Positions 51,591 through 60,905 are shown, counted from the first letter of the stretch. The stretch is DNA of 64,000 nt from Candidatus Spongiisociaceae bacterium (GCA_965219685.1 CBDCOH010000002.1:576001-640000), one strand, 5' to 3'. Notes: generated from the sequence alone by a model not told the origin. Numbers and translations: made by a program.

Positions 51591-54059
51591 GTGTCTGAAC
51601 ATACAGTCCGCGGCAGTATCGGCGAACGAGAGGTGGTCATTTCCACCGGCAAGATGGCCCTGCAGGCAAACGGGGCGGTGCGGGTTTCGATGGGTGGGAC
51701 GGAAGCCCTGGTTACTGCCACTGCCAACAAGAAGCCCAGGGAGTCGGTGGACTTCTTCCCGCTTACCATCGACGTTGAGGAGCGCATGTACGCCGTGGGC
51801 AAGATCCCCGGCTCCTTCTTCCGGAGGGAGGGACGGGCCACCGAACGAGCCACCCTCAGTGCACGCCTCATAGATCGCCCGCTACGGCCCTCGTTTCGCA
51901 ACGGATATCGCAACGACACCCATGTGGTGGTGACCGTGTTGCAGGTCGACGGGGAGAACGCGTACGACGTCCTCGCTCTGAACGGCGCCTCCGCGGCGCT
52001 GACTCTCAGCGATCTCCCATTCGACGGACCGATCGGTGCGGTTCGGCTCGGCTTGAAGGATGGGGACTGGATTCCCTTCCCCACCTTTACCGAACTCGAG
52101 GAGTGCGTGTTCGATCTGGTCGTGGCCGGTCGGCGCGGTAGTTCGGGCGAGGTGGACATAGTCATGGTCGAGGCCGGGGCGACCGAAACTGCCATGGACC
52201 TTATCTCGGGTGGCCAGGCCCCGCCGGACGAGCAGACCGTCGCGGGGGGCTTGGAGGTGGCCAAGGGTCACATCGGCACCCTCGTGGATCTGCAGTCGGA
52301 CTTGCAGTCGATGGCGGGCAAGGAAGTGGGGGAGTGGCCCGCGTTCCTCGACTACACGGATGAGATCTACGAACAGGTTCATGCGCTGGTCGGTGACGGG
52401 GTGGCCGAGATGACCCAGGTCACCGACAAGACCGAGCGCAAGGGCGCCGAGTCGGTTCTCCGCGAGCAGGTGGTCAACCTCTTCGAGCAACGGGACGAGC
52501 CCGAACTGGTGCCCCAAGGAGTCAAGGCACTGAAGGCAGTGGTCAAGAAGACGATGCGCGATCGTATCCTTGATGAGGGCATCCGGATGGACGGTCGCAC
52601 CAGCACCGAGATCAGGCCTCTCGCCGCCGAGGTCAACGTTCTCGGCCGCGCCCACGGGTCCGCTCTCTTCACTCGGGGCGAGACGCAGGTGCTGAACGTG
52701 CTGACGCTCGGCATGCCCCGCATGGAGCAACTCCTCGACACGATCAGCAACGAGGAGAGCAAACGGTACATGCACCACTACAACTTCCCGCCCTACTCCA
52801 CCGGCGAGGCCGGTTTCATGCGAGGCCCCAAGAGGCGCGAGATCGGTCACGGCGCCCTCGCGGAGAAGGCGGTGAAGCCGGTCGTTCCCCAGGGCGACGA
52901 GTTCCAGTACACCCTGCGCCTGGTATCCGAGGTGCTCTCCTCGAACGGATCCTCGTCTATGGCTTCGGTCTGCGGATCCTCCCTGTCCCTCATGGATGCG
53001 GGGATCGGCATCTCCGCGCCTGTTGCGGGGATAGCCATGGGCTTGATCGCCAAGGGCGACCGTTACGTGACTCTCACCGACATCCTGGGGGCAGAGGATG
53101 CCCTCGGCGATATGGACTTCAAGGTGGCTGGAACGGCCGATGTGATCACCGCGCTCCAACTCGATATGAAGATCGACGGTCTGCCGTCCGATGTCTTGGC
53201 GGAGGCCCTTTCACAGGCCAAGGAGGCACGCGTGCAGGTCCTCGACGTGATGCTGGGCGCCATTCCCGAACCGCGCCGGCAACTCAAGGAGCACGCGCCC
53301 CGGGTGGAGACGGTTCAGATACCGGTCGACAAGATCGGTGACATCATCGGCCCGAAGGGCAAGATCATCCGCGAGTTGGAGCAGGTTACGGGCGCGACGA
53401 TCGAAGTACAGGACGACGGTACGGTCTTGGTGTCTTCGAGCGACGGTACCTCCCTCGACGATGCGATGGGTCGGGTCAAGGAGATTGCCTTCCCGCCCAC
53501 ACCGGAAGTGGATAAGCAGTACGAAGGGAAGGTGGTGAGCATCACCGACTTCGGGGCCTTCGTGAACATTCTCCCGGGTCGTGACGGTCTCCTTCATATC
53601 TCCAAGCTGGACAGCACTCGACATGTCCGCCGCGTGGGTGACTACCTGTCGGAAGGTGACACCCTCAACGTGGTTGTCGATGCCATCGATCGCATCGGCA
53701 AGGTGTCGCTGAAGGTGACTTCGGACCTTGAGCCCAAGCCAGGCGCCCAAGTCGCCAAGGCCGGAGCCGGGGGCGGCCGTGGCCGTGGCGGTGGTGGCCG
53801 TGGTGGCGGTGGCCGTGGCGGTGGTGGCCGTGGCGGTGGTGGCCGTGGTGGCGGTGGCCGTGGTGGCGGTGGCCGTGGTGGCGGTGGCCGTGGCGGTGGT
53901 GGCCGTGGTGGCGGTGGCCGTCCCAGCGGCAGGAGCCGGGACCGATCACGCGGCTCCGGCAACAGGGGCCGACCCGATGGTAATCGGCGCAGCTCCGGCA
54001 CTGGTCCCGGGCGCCGCCGGTTCGCCTCGTTCGAGGACGCCTTCAAAGAAGGGATCTGA
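51591..54059 (+). CDS. pnp: polyribonucleotide nucleotidyltransferase with RGG-rich tail
   Basis: DFFPLT, RLIDRPLRP, RREIGHG, SNGSSSMAS, GDMDFKVAG, KH and S1 domains. Confidence 0.98.
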   Translation: MSEHTVRGSIGEREVVISTGKMALQANGAVRVSMGGTEALVTATANKKPRESVDFFPLTIDVEERMYAVGKIPGSFFRREGRATERATLSARLIDRPLRPSFRNGYRNDTHVVVTVLQVDGENAYDVLALNGASAALTLSDLPFDGPIGAVRLGLKDGDWIPFPTFTELEECVFDLVVAGRRGSSGEVDIVMVEAGATETAMDLISGGQAPPDEQTVAGGLEVAKGHIGTLVDLQSDLQSMAGKEVGEWPAFLDYTDEIYEQVHALVGDGVAEMTQVTDKTERKGAESVLREQVVNLFEQRDEPELVPQGVKALKAVVKKTMRDRILDEGIRMDGRTSTEIRPLAAEVNVLGRAHGSALFTRGETQVLNVLTLGMPRMEQLLDTISNEESKRYMHHYNFPPYSTGEAGFMRGPKRREIGHGALAEKAVKPVVPQGDEFQYTLRLVSEVLSSNGSSSMASVCGSSLSLMDAGIGISAPVAGIAMGLIAKGDRYVTLTDILGAEDALGDMDFKVAGTADVITALQLDMKIDGLPSDVLAEALSQAKEARVQVLDVMLGAIPEPRRQLKEHAPRVETVQIPVDKIGDIIGPKGKIIRELEQVTGATIEVQDDGTVLVSSSDGTSLDDAMGRVKEIAFPPTPEVDKQYEGKVVSITDFGAFVNILPGRDGLLHISKLDSTRHVRRVGDYLSEGDTLNVVVDAIDRIGKVSLKVTSDLEPKPGAQVAKAGAGGGRGRGGGGRGGGGRGGGGRGGGGRGGGGRGGGGRGGGGRGGGGRGGGGRPSGRSRDRSRGSGNRGRPDGNRRSSGTGPGRRRFASFEDAFKEGI
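53781..53921 (+). repeat. 15-bp coding tandem repeat x9 encoding (RGGGG)9
   Basis: GGCCGTGGYGGYGGT units read directly. Confidence 0.95.
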
Positions 54060-54067
54060 GCCGGCCG

Positions 54068-54088
54068 GGTGGCTGGTGGCTGGTGGCC
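54068..54088 (+). repeat. short heptamer array (GGTGGCY)3 after the pnp stop
   Basis: Read directly; same TGGTGGC variant as in the 4253 array. Confidence 0.55.
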
Positions 54089-54131
54089 CAGTCTGAGACC
54101 CCTGACCCCTGACAAACTATCCTGCTAGAGG

Positions 54132-54998
54132 ATGCCGGAGCTTCCTGATGTGGTGGTCTATCTGGAGGCCTTCGATCGTTTCATCGGAGGCCGATCCATC
54201 GAGCGGGTCCGCGTCACATCGGTTTCCCTCCTGCGAACCTACGATCCACCCCTCCACACCGTCGAGGGACGGAGCGTCATCGGGTTGTCGCGCATGGGCA
54301 AGCGGGTGGTCTGGGAACTGGACAACGACATGTTCATGGTGTTCCACCTGATGATCGCCGGCCGATTCCGGTGGAGAAACCGGGGTGCCGCGGTGCCTCG
54401 CAAGGTCGGGCATGCGGGCTTCGACTTTGCGAACGGCACGGTCATCCTCACCGAACAGGGCAGCAAGAAGCGAGCTTCGCTGCATGTCCATCGCGGTAGG
54501 GAGGCGTTGGATATGCATGAGAGGGGCGGTGTGGAGCCACTGGAGGCGGGTCTACCCGCCTTTGCCGCCGCCCTAACACGGGAGAACCGCACTCTGAAGC
54601 GCGCTCTCACCGATCCGCGTATCTTCTCGGGTATAGGCAACGCCTATTCGGACGAGATCCTCCACCGTGCCGGCCTGTCGCCGGTCAAACTCACCGGGCG
54701 TCTTACCGACTCGGAGGTGGCCCGCCTCCACGCCGCAACCAAGAGTTCGCTCACCGAGTGGATCGGGAGGTTGCGGGACGAGGTGGGGGAGGGGTTCCCC
54801 GAGAAGGTAACCGCATTCCGACCCGAGATGGCGGTCCATGGCAAGTACAAGGAGTCCTGCCCGGTGTGTGGGGACACCGTCAGGAGGATCGTGTACGCCT
54901 TTAACGAGACCAACTACTGCGCTACCTGCCAGACAGGTGGCCGGATCTTGGCCGACCGGGCATTGTCACGGCTTCTCAAGGAGGATTGGCCCCGGTGA
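54132..54998 (+). CDS. Fpg/Nei family DNA glycosylase
   Basis: MPELPDV, HLMIAG, GIGNAYSDEILH (H2TH), CPVC..CATCQ zinc finger. Confidence 0.92.
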   Translation: MPELPDVVVYLEAFDRFIGGRSIERVRVTSVSLLRTYDPPLHTVEGRSVIGLSRMGKRVVWELDNDMFMVFHLMIAGRFRWRNRGAAVPRKVGHAGFDFANGTVILTEQGSKKRASLHVHRGREALDMHERGGVEPLEAGLPAFAAALTRENRTLKRALTDPRIFSGIGNAYSDEILHRAGLSPVKLTGRLTDSEVARLHAATKSSLTEWIGRLRDEVGEGFPEKVTAFRPEMAVHGKYKESCPVCGDTVRRIVYAFNETNYCATCQTGGRILADRALSRLLKEDWPR

Positions 54999-55050
54999 TC
55001 GTGCCCGGGCGGGATTGACAGGGCGTCGGGATCCCGGCAGCCGTTCTCGC

Positions 55051-56046
55051 TCAGGTGGCGGCGGCCGCCTCGCGTAGGGCGGGGAGTACGTCGGCGCCCA
55101 GTAACCCGATGAGGCCTTCCTGGTCGACCGAGGCCATCTGGATGGTCACCACATCGGCGTTGATGTCCTCGATGAGGGGTAGGTAGATGTCGATGATCTC
55201 CTGGGCTCGAGAAGCGCGGGCGTAGCGGCCCAGAACCTCTTCGCGCGGTAGTTCGTCCGCTCGCCGGCGGAGGGTGGTAGGGTCGACCGCCTGCAGGCGC
55301 CCGGGCGCCCGCAGTCCTCGCCACGGGTACAGGGCCTCCCATGCCTCCTCGTCGCTCGCAGCCATGATCGCCCATCGGGTAGTGAGGGCCGTCGGTGCGG
55401 GTCGGCCGGCCTCGGCCGCGGCCTGCGCGGCCGGGTCGATCACGCGCTCCCTCGCCACCGCAGGATCCTTCACCGACACGATGAAGCCGTCCGCCAACCG
55501 GCCCGCGAGCCCGGCCGACTTAGGGCCACCTGCCGCCAGCAGGATGGGCACCCGGGAGTTGGCCGGCGAATAGAGCCTGGCCCGATCGGTTACGTAGTAG
55601 TCGCCGGCGTAGGAGAGCTTCTCGCCGTCCAGCAGCCGGCGCATGATCTCAAGCGCCTCGGTCATCCGCGCGGCACGCTCGGCATACTTGGGGAAGTGGT
55701 AGCCCAGCGGGCCCTCGTTGATGTTCTCACCTGTCCCCACGCCGAGGATGAACCGCCCTCCACTCAAACGGTCGAGGGTTGCGGCCGCCTGCGCGACGAT
55801 GGCGGGATGGAACCTCCAGAGCGGGGTCGTCACGCCGGTGGCGATCTCCAGGCGCTCGGTGGCTTGCGCTATGGCTCCAAGCGTCGAGAAGGCGAACCCG
55901 GAGGCGGACGCATCATCCACCCACGGATGGAAGTGCTCGGAGACCACCACCATGTCGAACCCGGCCTGCTCCACTAGTTGAGCGTGACGGACGAGTTCCT
56001 CGGGGTGCCACTGTTCATGGCCACAGAAGTACGCAAAGCGGGTCAT
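55051..56046 (-). CDS. F420-dependent LLM-class oxidoreductase (G6PDH-F420-like family)
   Basis: HEQ, SEHFHPW, TGVT.P, AQAAAT, LGVGTGE..NE. Confidence 0.9.
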   Translation of the reverse strand: MTRFAYFCGHEQWHPEELVRHAQLVEQAGFDMVVVSEHFHPWVDDASASGFAFSTLGAIAQATERLEIATGVTTPLWRFHPAIVAQAAATLDRLSGGRFILGVGTGENINEGPLGYHFPKYAERAARMTEALEIMRRLLDGEKLSYAGDYYVTDRARLYSPANSRVPILLAAGGPKSAGLAGRLADGFIVSVKDPAVARERVIDPAAQAAAEAGRPAPTALTTRWAIMAASDEEAWEALYPWRGLRAPGRLQAVDPTTLRRRADELPREEVLGRYARASRAQEIIDIYLPLIEDINADVVTIQMASVDQEGLIGLLGADVLPALREAAAAT

Positions 56047-56081
56047 GGAGAGATATCGCCTTCCGGGTGGGGGTTATGTGC

Positions 56082-56183
56082 CTAAGTCGGCCACATGTAT
56101 AGCAGGACCATGACGCCGACGAACAAAGCTGCCGCAAGGACGATGCCCCACCGGGCGGGGTGGGAGGGATCGGAAGATTTCAT
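56082..56183 (-). CDS. 33-aa single-pass membrane microprotein
   Basis: MKSSDPSHPARWGIVLAAALFVGVMVLLYMWPT; TATGCT 7 nt upstream of the ATG. Confidence 0.5.
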   Translation of the reverse strand: MKSSDPSHPARWGIVLAAALFVGVMVLLYMWPT

Positions 56184-56346
56184 ACCCCGTAGCATAGGAG
56201 GCTGCAGAGAAACTATCTAACGGGGTTCACTGCTCGGTAGGTCACCCGATAACAAGGTTGTTACTTGCCGGCGAACCCCTTTGGGCGGGCTATTTCAACC
56301 CCCTCCTGGACTCCGCCCTGGGCCTCACGGCGACACCGAGTTGCTC

Positions 56347-57039
56347 CTACCACACGGGCCAAGGGAGCGGGGGTCTGTCCGTGGGAGGGACCGGATGGAT
56401 CGGATGCGACAGGAGGTTTCTCACCCGGGCCACCAGCGCGTCCGCTTCCCGTTCTGTGAGCAGTTCCATGGTCCTGGAGTGGAGACCGTTGTCCAGTTCC
56501 CCTTCAAGCCGCCGGACCGCGGCGACCATGTCTCCCGGCAGTTGTAGGCCCGAGAATCCCCACATGACCGTACGGAGTTTCGGGTCGGGGTGAAGGGTCA
56601 CTCCGTGGTCTATGCACCACAGATGCCCCGACCGGTCCGCGAGCACGTGTCCGGCCTTGCGATCGGCGTTGTTGATCAGCAAATCGAGGGTAACGACCGG
56701 CCAAAGGCTGGCATCTGCCTGGTTGATCAGGGCCGCGGCGTCGAATTGCTCGTCAGCCTCCACGAACTTCTGGGCGGAGCCGGGGCCGAAGGGACCTTCC
56801 ACCTCCCGCGTCTCGGGTACCGAGTCAAGGCCGGCCGCTTCGGAGATCTCGAAGGTCAGGACCTCGCGGACCGGCAACGTCCGGCAGTCGAAGTCGTAGA
56901 GCGGTCGCTGGCCTCGTTCGGGCTTGTACACGACGAGTTGGCCTGTGGCGGTTGCGGCGAGCAAGGTGGCGTTGGAGGCGTTGCGAAACTGTCCGAGAAC
57001 TTCGGCGATTCTCCATTCACCCGTCGCCTGAGCGGTCAC
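56347..57039 (-). CDS. SCO1664-family PI3/4-kinase-like protein
   Basis: ASNAT, VYKP..G.RPL.DF, NNADRKAGH, IDHG, KLRTV.W; GTGA overlap with the upstream gene. Confidence 0.85.
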   Translation of the reverse strand: MTAQATGEWRIAEVLGQFRNASNATLLAATATGQLVVYKPERGQRPLYDFDCRTLPVREVLTFEISEAAGLDSVPETREVEGPFGPGSAQKFVEADEQFDAAALINQADASLWPVVTLDLLINNADRKAGHVLADRSGHLWCIDHGVTLHPDPKLRTVMWGFSGLQLPGDMVAAVRRLEGELDNGLHSRTMELLTEREADALVARVRNLLSHPIHPVPPTDRPPLPWPVW

Positions 57040-57542
57040 CCCGGCAGGCGGTGGCCGTTGCCGGAGGGACATTGGTGCCCCTCGGGATCTTCCGGCAGGA
57101 GGCAGTCCGGACACTGGGCGCGTCCCGAATGCACAGTCCTGAGAGACAGGATGGCGGCCGCTCTCAACTGCTCCGCAGTGATCGCGAAAACGACACGTTC
57201 CTCTTGCCCATCGCCTTCGAGCATGACGGTCATCCGTTCCCGGCTGTCGATTCTCATCGCGATCGAACGGACCCGGAGGATCACATCCTCGGGACCGGAG
57301 GGTGGTGGTAGCTCATCGATACCAGACACGAGGCCTTCGACCTCGTCCTCGTCGATTGTCCAGCCGAGGTTGGAAAGCAACTCGAGACCCTGCTCACCGA
57401 GTGCCGCGGCTTGGCCCTTCTCGAACTTGAACCAGGTTAGGACACCTTCGGACTCGATGAAGATGTAAAAGGTCCGCTTGCCCGGCTCACCGATAGCCCC
57501 CACCAGGAAACGGCTCACCCGCCCGAAGTCGCGACCGCTCAC
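57036..57542 (-). CDS. DUF3090 family protein
   Basis: GAIGEPGKRTFY, EKGQ, GR..CPDC..P.DPEGH.CP..NGH. Confidence 0.85.
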   Translation of the reverse strand: MSGRDFGRVSRFLVGAIGEPGKRTFYIFIESEGVLTWFKFEKGQAAALGEQGLELLSNLGWTIDEDEVEGLVSGIDELPPPSGPEDVILRVRSIAMRIDSRERMTVMLEGDGQEERVVFAITAEQLRAAAILSLRTVHSGRAQCPDCLLPEDPEGHQCPSGNGHRLPG

Positions 57543-58141
57543 TCTTCCACTCCCGTGGTGTTTATCGAAGCTACGACAGGGGCCTCGTCCCCGTCCAACC
57601 GCAGGTCCGAGATCGAGGTGGTGGATATCCTGAGGCACTGGAAGAGATCCAGCGGTTGGCCCAGGAAGTGGGAGAGAACCAGTTTGATGGTGTCACTGTG
57701 GCTCACGACCACCACGGTGCTCCCAGTCCGCTCCCGGGCGATCCGGCGGACCGACTCCACCGCTCTTACCTGGGCCTGCGCGAAGGACTCGCCCTCCGGG
57801 AACCGGAACTTCGAAGGTCTCGACTGGACGGTCTTCCATAGTTCCGTCTGCCGGAGCGAATCGAGGGTCTGACCGGTCCAAGACCCGAAGTCGATCTCGG
57901 TGATTCCCGGCTCGATGATCGGCGACAGTCGGTGGGGTCGAGCCAGGATCCGGGCTGTCTCCATGGTGCGTTCGATCGGCGAACTGTAGATTGCCGCAAC
58001 CTTGAGGCTGGCAAGGGCCTGGGCGGCGCCGAGTGCGGCTCTCTCACCATCCGGCCCGAGGGAAACGCCCGGGAGGCGCCCGGTGAGGCGGGTCCCCGTC
58101 TCCTCGGTGGGCGCGTGGCGGACCAGCAGGATGCGTGTCAT
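57539..58141 (-). CDS. histidine phosphatase (MSMEG_4193-like)
   Basis: LVRHA, SSP.ER..ETA, EIDFGSW, VSHSD. Confidence 0.88.
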   Translation of the reverse strand: MTRILLVRHAPTEETGTRLTGRLPGVSLGPDGERAALGAAQALASLKVAAIYSSPIERTMETARILARPHRLSPIIEPGITEIDFGSWTGQTLDSLRQTELWKTVQSRPSKFRFPEGESFAQAQVRAVESVRRIARERTGSTVVVVSHSDTIKLVLSHFLGQPLDLFQCLRISTTSISDLRLDGDEAPVVASINTTGVEE

Positions 58142-58152
58142 TGCCTCCAAGG

Positions 58153-58235
58153 CTAGACGAGTAGTTCCTAGTTAGTAGTTGCTAGTTGCTAGTTGGCGAT
58201 TCGTGGTTAGCGTTGGATTGGGTCGTGTTCCGGCC
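58153..58235 (-). repeat. dispersed CTA-heptamer element (inverted copy)
   Basis: Reverse complement GGCCGGAACACGACCCAATCCAACGCTAACCAC...CTAGGAACTA aligns with 50911-50988. Confidence 0.75.
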
Positions 58236-58456
58236 TACGAATGGCTATCCGAGTTCCATGTCGCGCCGAGTGGTACCTGACCAAACAGCAGGTGGAGGGA
58301 GCCGCGGCAAGCGAGATCGATGTATACGAGTTGTGCTGTTACTGTCAGTCGTTGTGTACCGATAGTTCAGTAGGACTGGTTCTGGTGGGATGGCTTGGAA
58401 CTACCTACTCGTCTAGTGATCTGGCGACTGACTGATGATGGCGATCACTGAACGGA

Positions 58457-59137
58457 TCAGAACAACTCGGTCGGCGGGGCGATGTTCTGCGGGCTGTTGT
58501 TCCTCACACTGTTGACCACGGTGGAGACCGGATGGTGGGAGATCTGGGCTGAGGGTGCCGCCTCCAACATGGGAACGACCGCTTCGGGTGACCGCACGTC
58601 CCGGTCGAGCCACAGGCCCCAGTGTTGTCGCCCGAGGATCACCGGCATGCGCGTGTGTATGGACGCCAGCAAGCCGTTGGCTCGCGTCGTGATGATGGCG
58701 CAACTCCGGGTCCATTCCCTCGTCTCCGGGTCTCGCCACGACGACCAGATGCCGGCGAAGGCCATCGGGCGACGGTCGGCCATGGTCACGTAGTGGGGAC
58801 GCCGTCCCTGGTCCTTCGGACCCCACTCGAAGAATCCGCCGGCGGGGATGAGGCAGCGCTTGCGGCGCAGCGAGTCGCGGAAGGCCGGGCGGGTGGCGAC
58901 CGTCTCGCTCCTGGCATTGATGTTGAGCGGACCCTTGCGGTCGCGCGCCCAGTGGGGGATCAGTCCCCAGCGGAACACACCCAGCATTCGTTCCCCCTGG
59001 TGTTCGGCTACCCCGTACACCTCGTCGGTCGGCGCCACGTTGTAGCTGTACGCCAGCGGGTCGGTAACGATGCGGTCCACCCCGAAGTAGTCGCCCAGGA
59101 ATCCTGCGTCCTCGTTGATGACGAAGCGTCCGCACAT
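58457..59137 (-). CDS. SOS response-associated peptidase (SRAP, YedK/HMCES)
   Basis: N-terminal MCGRF, YNVAPT, WGLIP, INARSET, RCLIPA.GFFEW, H.RMPVIL. Confidence 0.93.
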   Translation of the reverse strand: MCGRFVINEDAGFLGDYFGVDRIVTDPLAYSYNVAPTDEVYGVAEHQGERMLGVFRWGLIPHWARDRKGPLNINARSETVATRPAFRDSLRRKRCLIPAGGFFEWGPKDQGRRPHYVTMADRRPMAFAGIWSSWRDPETREWTRSCAIITTRANGLLASIHTRMPVILGRQHWGLWLDRDVRSPEAVVPMLEAAPSAQISHHPVSTVVNSVRNNSPQNIAPPTELF

Positions 59138-59219
59138 GCTCGGGAACAGCGTACCGCGGGTCGGTCGGGACCGGGTTCTACGGGGTCGAACGCTCGGTGA
59201 CACCGCTAGCCTTCGGAGC

Positions 59220-59604
59220 GGCGAGTTCGCCAGACGGCCGCGGTTGTCGTAGACAGCCGAGGAAAGTCCGGACTCCACAGGACAGGGAGCTGGGTAACAC
59301 CCAGGCGGGGCGACCCGACGGAAAGTGCCGCAGAAACCAGACCGCCGATGGAGGGAAGACAGGTGTGACCAACACTCGTCCTCCTGCACAGGCAAGGGTG
59401 AAACGGTGGTGTAAGAGACCACCAGCGCCCCGGGTGACCGGGGTGGCTGGTAAACCCCTCCTGGAGCAAGGTCGAGCAGAGGCGCCGGTGGTCCGCCGAC
59501 CAAGCCTCGGGTGGACCGCACCGAGGCCTGACGGTAACGCAGGCCCCAGATGGATGGCCGTCGCCCGTAGAGGGTACAGAATCCGGCTTACCGGTGGACT
59601 CGCC
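59220..59604 (+). ncRNA. rnpB: RNase P RNA (type A)
   Basis: GAGGAAAGTCCGGACTC, GGTGTAAGAGACCACC, GGTAAACCCC..GAGCAAG, ACAGAATCCGGCTTA; P1 GGCGAGTTC/GGACTCGCC. Confidence 0.97.
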
Positions 59605-59609
59605 CTTCG

Positions 59610-59642
59610 TGGTGAGTGGTGAATGGTGAATGGTGAATGGTG
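59610..59642 (+). repeat. heptamer array (TGGTGAR)4-5 immediately 3' of rnpB
   Basis: Read directly. Confidence 0.88.
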
Positions 59643-59703
59643 TTCACGAGCAGACCGGCGAACTATCCCAACGTTAACTAGCAACTAGCTGCAAGCCACC
59701 ATC

Positions 59704-60087
59704 TCATTGCCTTCCTCCCAGGGCGCCGCCCCAGAAACCGAGCGCGGCTGCTACGACTGCGAACACAACCAGGGGGAGAGGTCCGGCGGGGCTGCCGGAT
59801 ACCAGGCTGAGGGAGGCGATCACTGCGAAGAGTCCGAGGGCGGCCAGGCTTCCGTTGAGTCCGGACGCGCCCGACCTACCCAGTCGCCCCGCCACGTAGC
59901 CGCCCATGAACTCGCTGGCCAGCAGGGATATGGAAAGTACGGCCCACGTGCCCGTCTCGCCTGTCGACCAACCCACCCTCTCGCCCAGCCAGAGGAGGGT
60001 GGTCCCGAGGAACCCGGCCACCGCCATCAGCAGCAGACCGGCAACCGCCCCGAATGCAGCAGCCGCCCAACCGATCGATGCCTGCAA
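59704..60087 (-). CDS. small 4-TM membrane protein
   Basis: TTG start after GGAGG; four hydrophobic segments; GGYVAGR motif. Confidence 0.6.
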   Translation of the reverse strand: MQASIGWAAAAFGAVAGLLLMAVAGFLGTTLLWLGERVGWSTGETGTWAVLSISLLASEFMGGYVAGRLGRSGASGLNGSLAALGLFAVIASLSLVSGSPAGPLPLVVFAVVAAALGFWGGALGGRQ

Positions 60088-60202
60088 GCCGTCCTCCCTC
60101 CGCTCGGCCAAACATGCGTCCGGAGCCGAATCATTCCTGAAACTAGTAGGGATGTGGACGGGTCTAAACCCCAGAGAAACAGACACGGAAAGGGAGGTCC
60201 AG

Positions 60203-60841
60203 TTGGCTGGCTCACTCAACAAGTATCTGGCCGAGCTACTCGGAACGTTCGTGCTGATCGGGGTCGGCTCGATGGCGATCCTCAGCGCAGGGGGCAACAT
60301 AGTGGCCATCGCGTTCGGGTTCGGCCTCGCGCTGCTGGCCGCCATCTACATGTTCGGGTCGGCTTCAGGAGCTCACGTGAATCCGGCTGTGACATTCGCC
60401 ATGATGCTGCGAGGCCAAATCTCCGGGTCCGACCTGGTCGGGTACGTCATCGCGCAGTTGGCCGGTGCACTACTGGCCTCCGGCCTGGTGGCCGCAGTAG
60501 CCGGCGTCGGTGGTGTGGAGGACACCGTCGTGGGCGCGGGCGGAGGAATCGATATCCTGGAATTGTTCATTCTCGAGGCGATCCTGACCGCCCTCCTGGT
60601 CATCGTGATCATCCGCACGACCTCCGGTGAGGGAAGAGCCGCCCCCCTTGCAATTGGTATGGCGCTCGTGCTAATCCACTTGGCGGCAGTGCCCTTGACC
60701 GGGGCTTCGGTAAACCCGGTGCGGAGTCTCGGACCCGCCATAATCGCCGCCGAATTCACCGACGTGTGGGTCTACATCCTGGCGCCGGCAGTGGGGGCGA
60801 TCGTCGGCGTGTACGTGGACAAGTTCGTGAACGAGTCGTAG
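60203..60841 (+). CDS. MIP family aquaporin (AqpZ-like)
   Basis: AELLGTF, SGAHVNPAV, SVNPVRSLG; TTG start after GGGAGG. Confidence 0.93.
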   Translation: MAGSLNKYLAELLGTFVLIGVGSMAILSAGGNIVAIAFGFGLALLAAIYMFGSASGAHVNPAVTFAMMLRGQISGSDLVGYVIAQLAGALLASGLVAAVAGVGGVEDTVVGAGGGIDILELFILEAILTALLVIVIIRTTSGEGRAAPLAIGMALVLIHLAAVPLTGASVNPVRSLGPAIIAAEFTDVWVYILAPAVGAIVGVYVDKFVNES

Positions 60842-60864
60842 GGCCTTACTCCTCGGGCCTTTCG

Positions 60865-60900
60865 GATGCGGGGTCGGGCGCAGAGTCCCGGCCCCGCATC
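60865..60900 (+). terminator. GC-rich hairpin after the aquaporin gene
   Basis: GATGCGGGGTCGGG / CCCGGCCCCGCATC 14-bp stem; weak U tract. Confidence 0.6.
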
Positions 60901-60905
60901 GCGTT

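Noticed and set aside
56347-58141. HipA-like toxin operon
   Set aside because: Matches the known conserved actinobacterial phosphatase-DUF3090-SCO1664 cluster; no antitoxin-like HTH gene.
59138-59684. ORFs overlapping rnpB, including the 5' extension of 58457-59521
   Set aside because: The region is RNase P RNA, and SRAP requires the N-terminal MCGR start at 59137.
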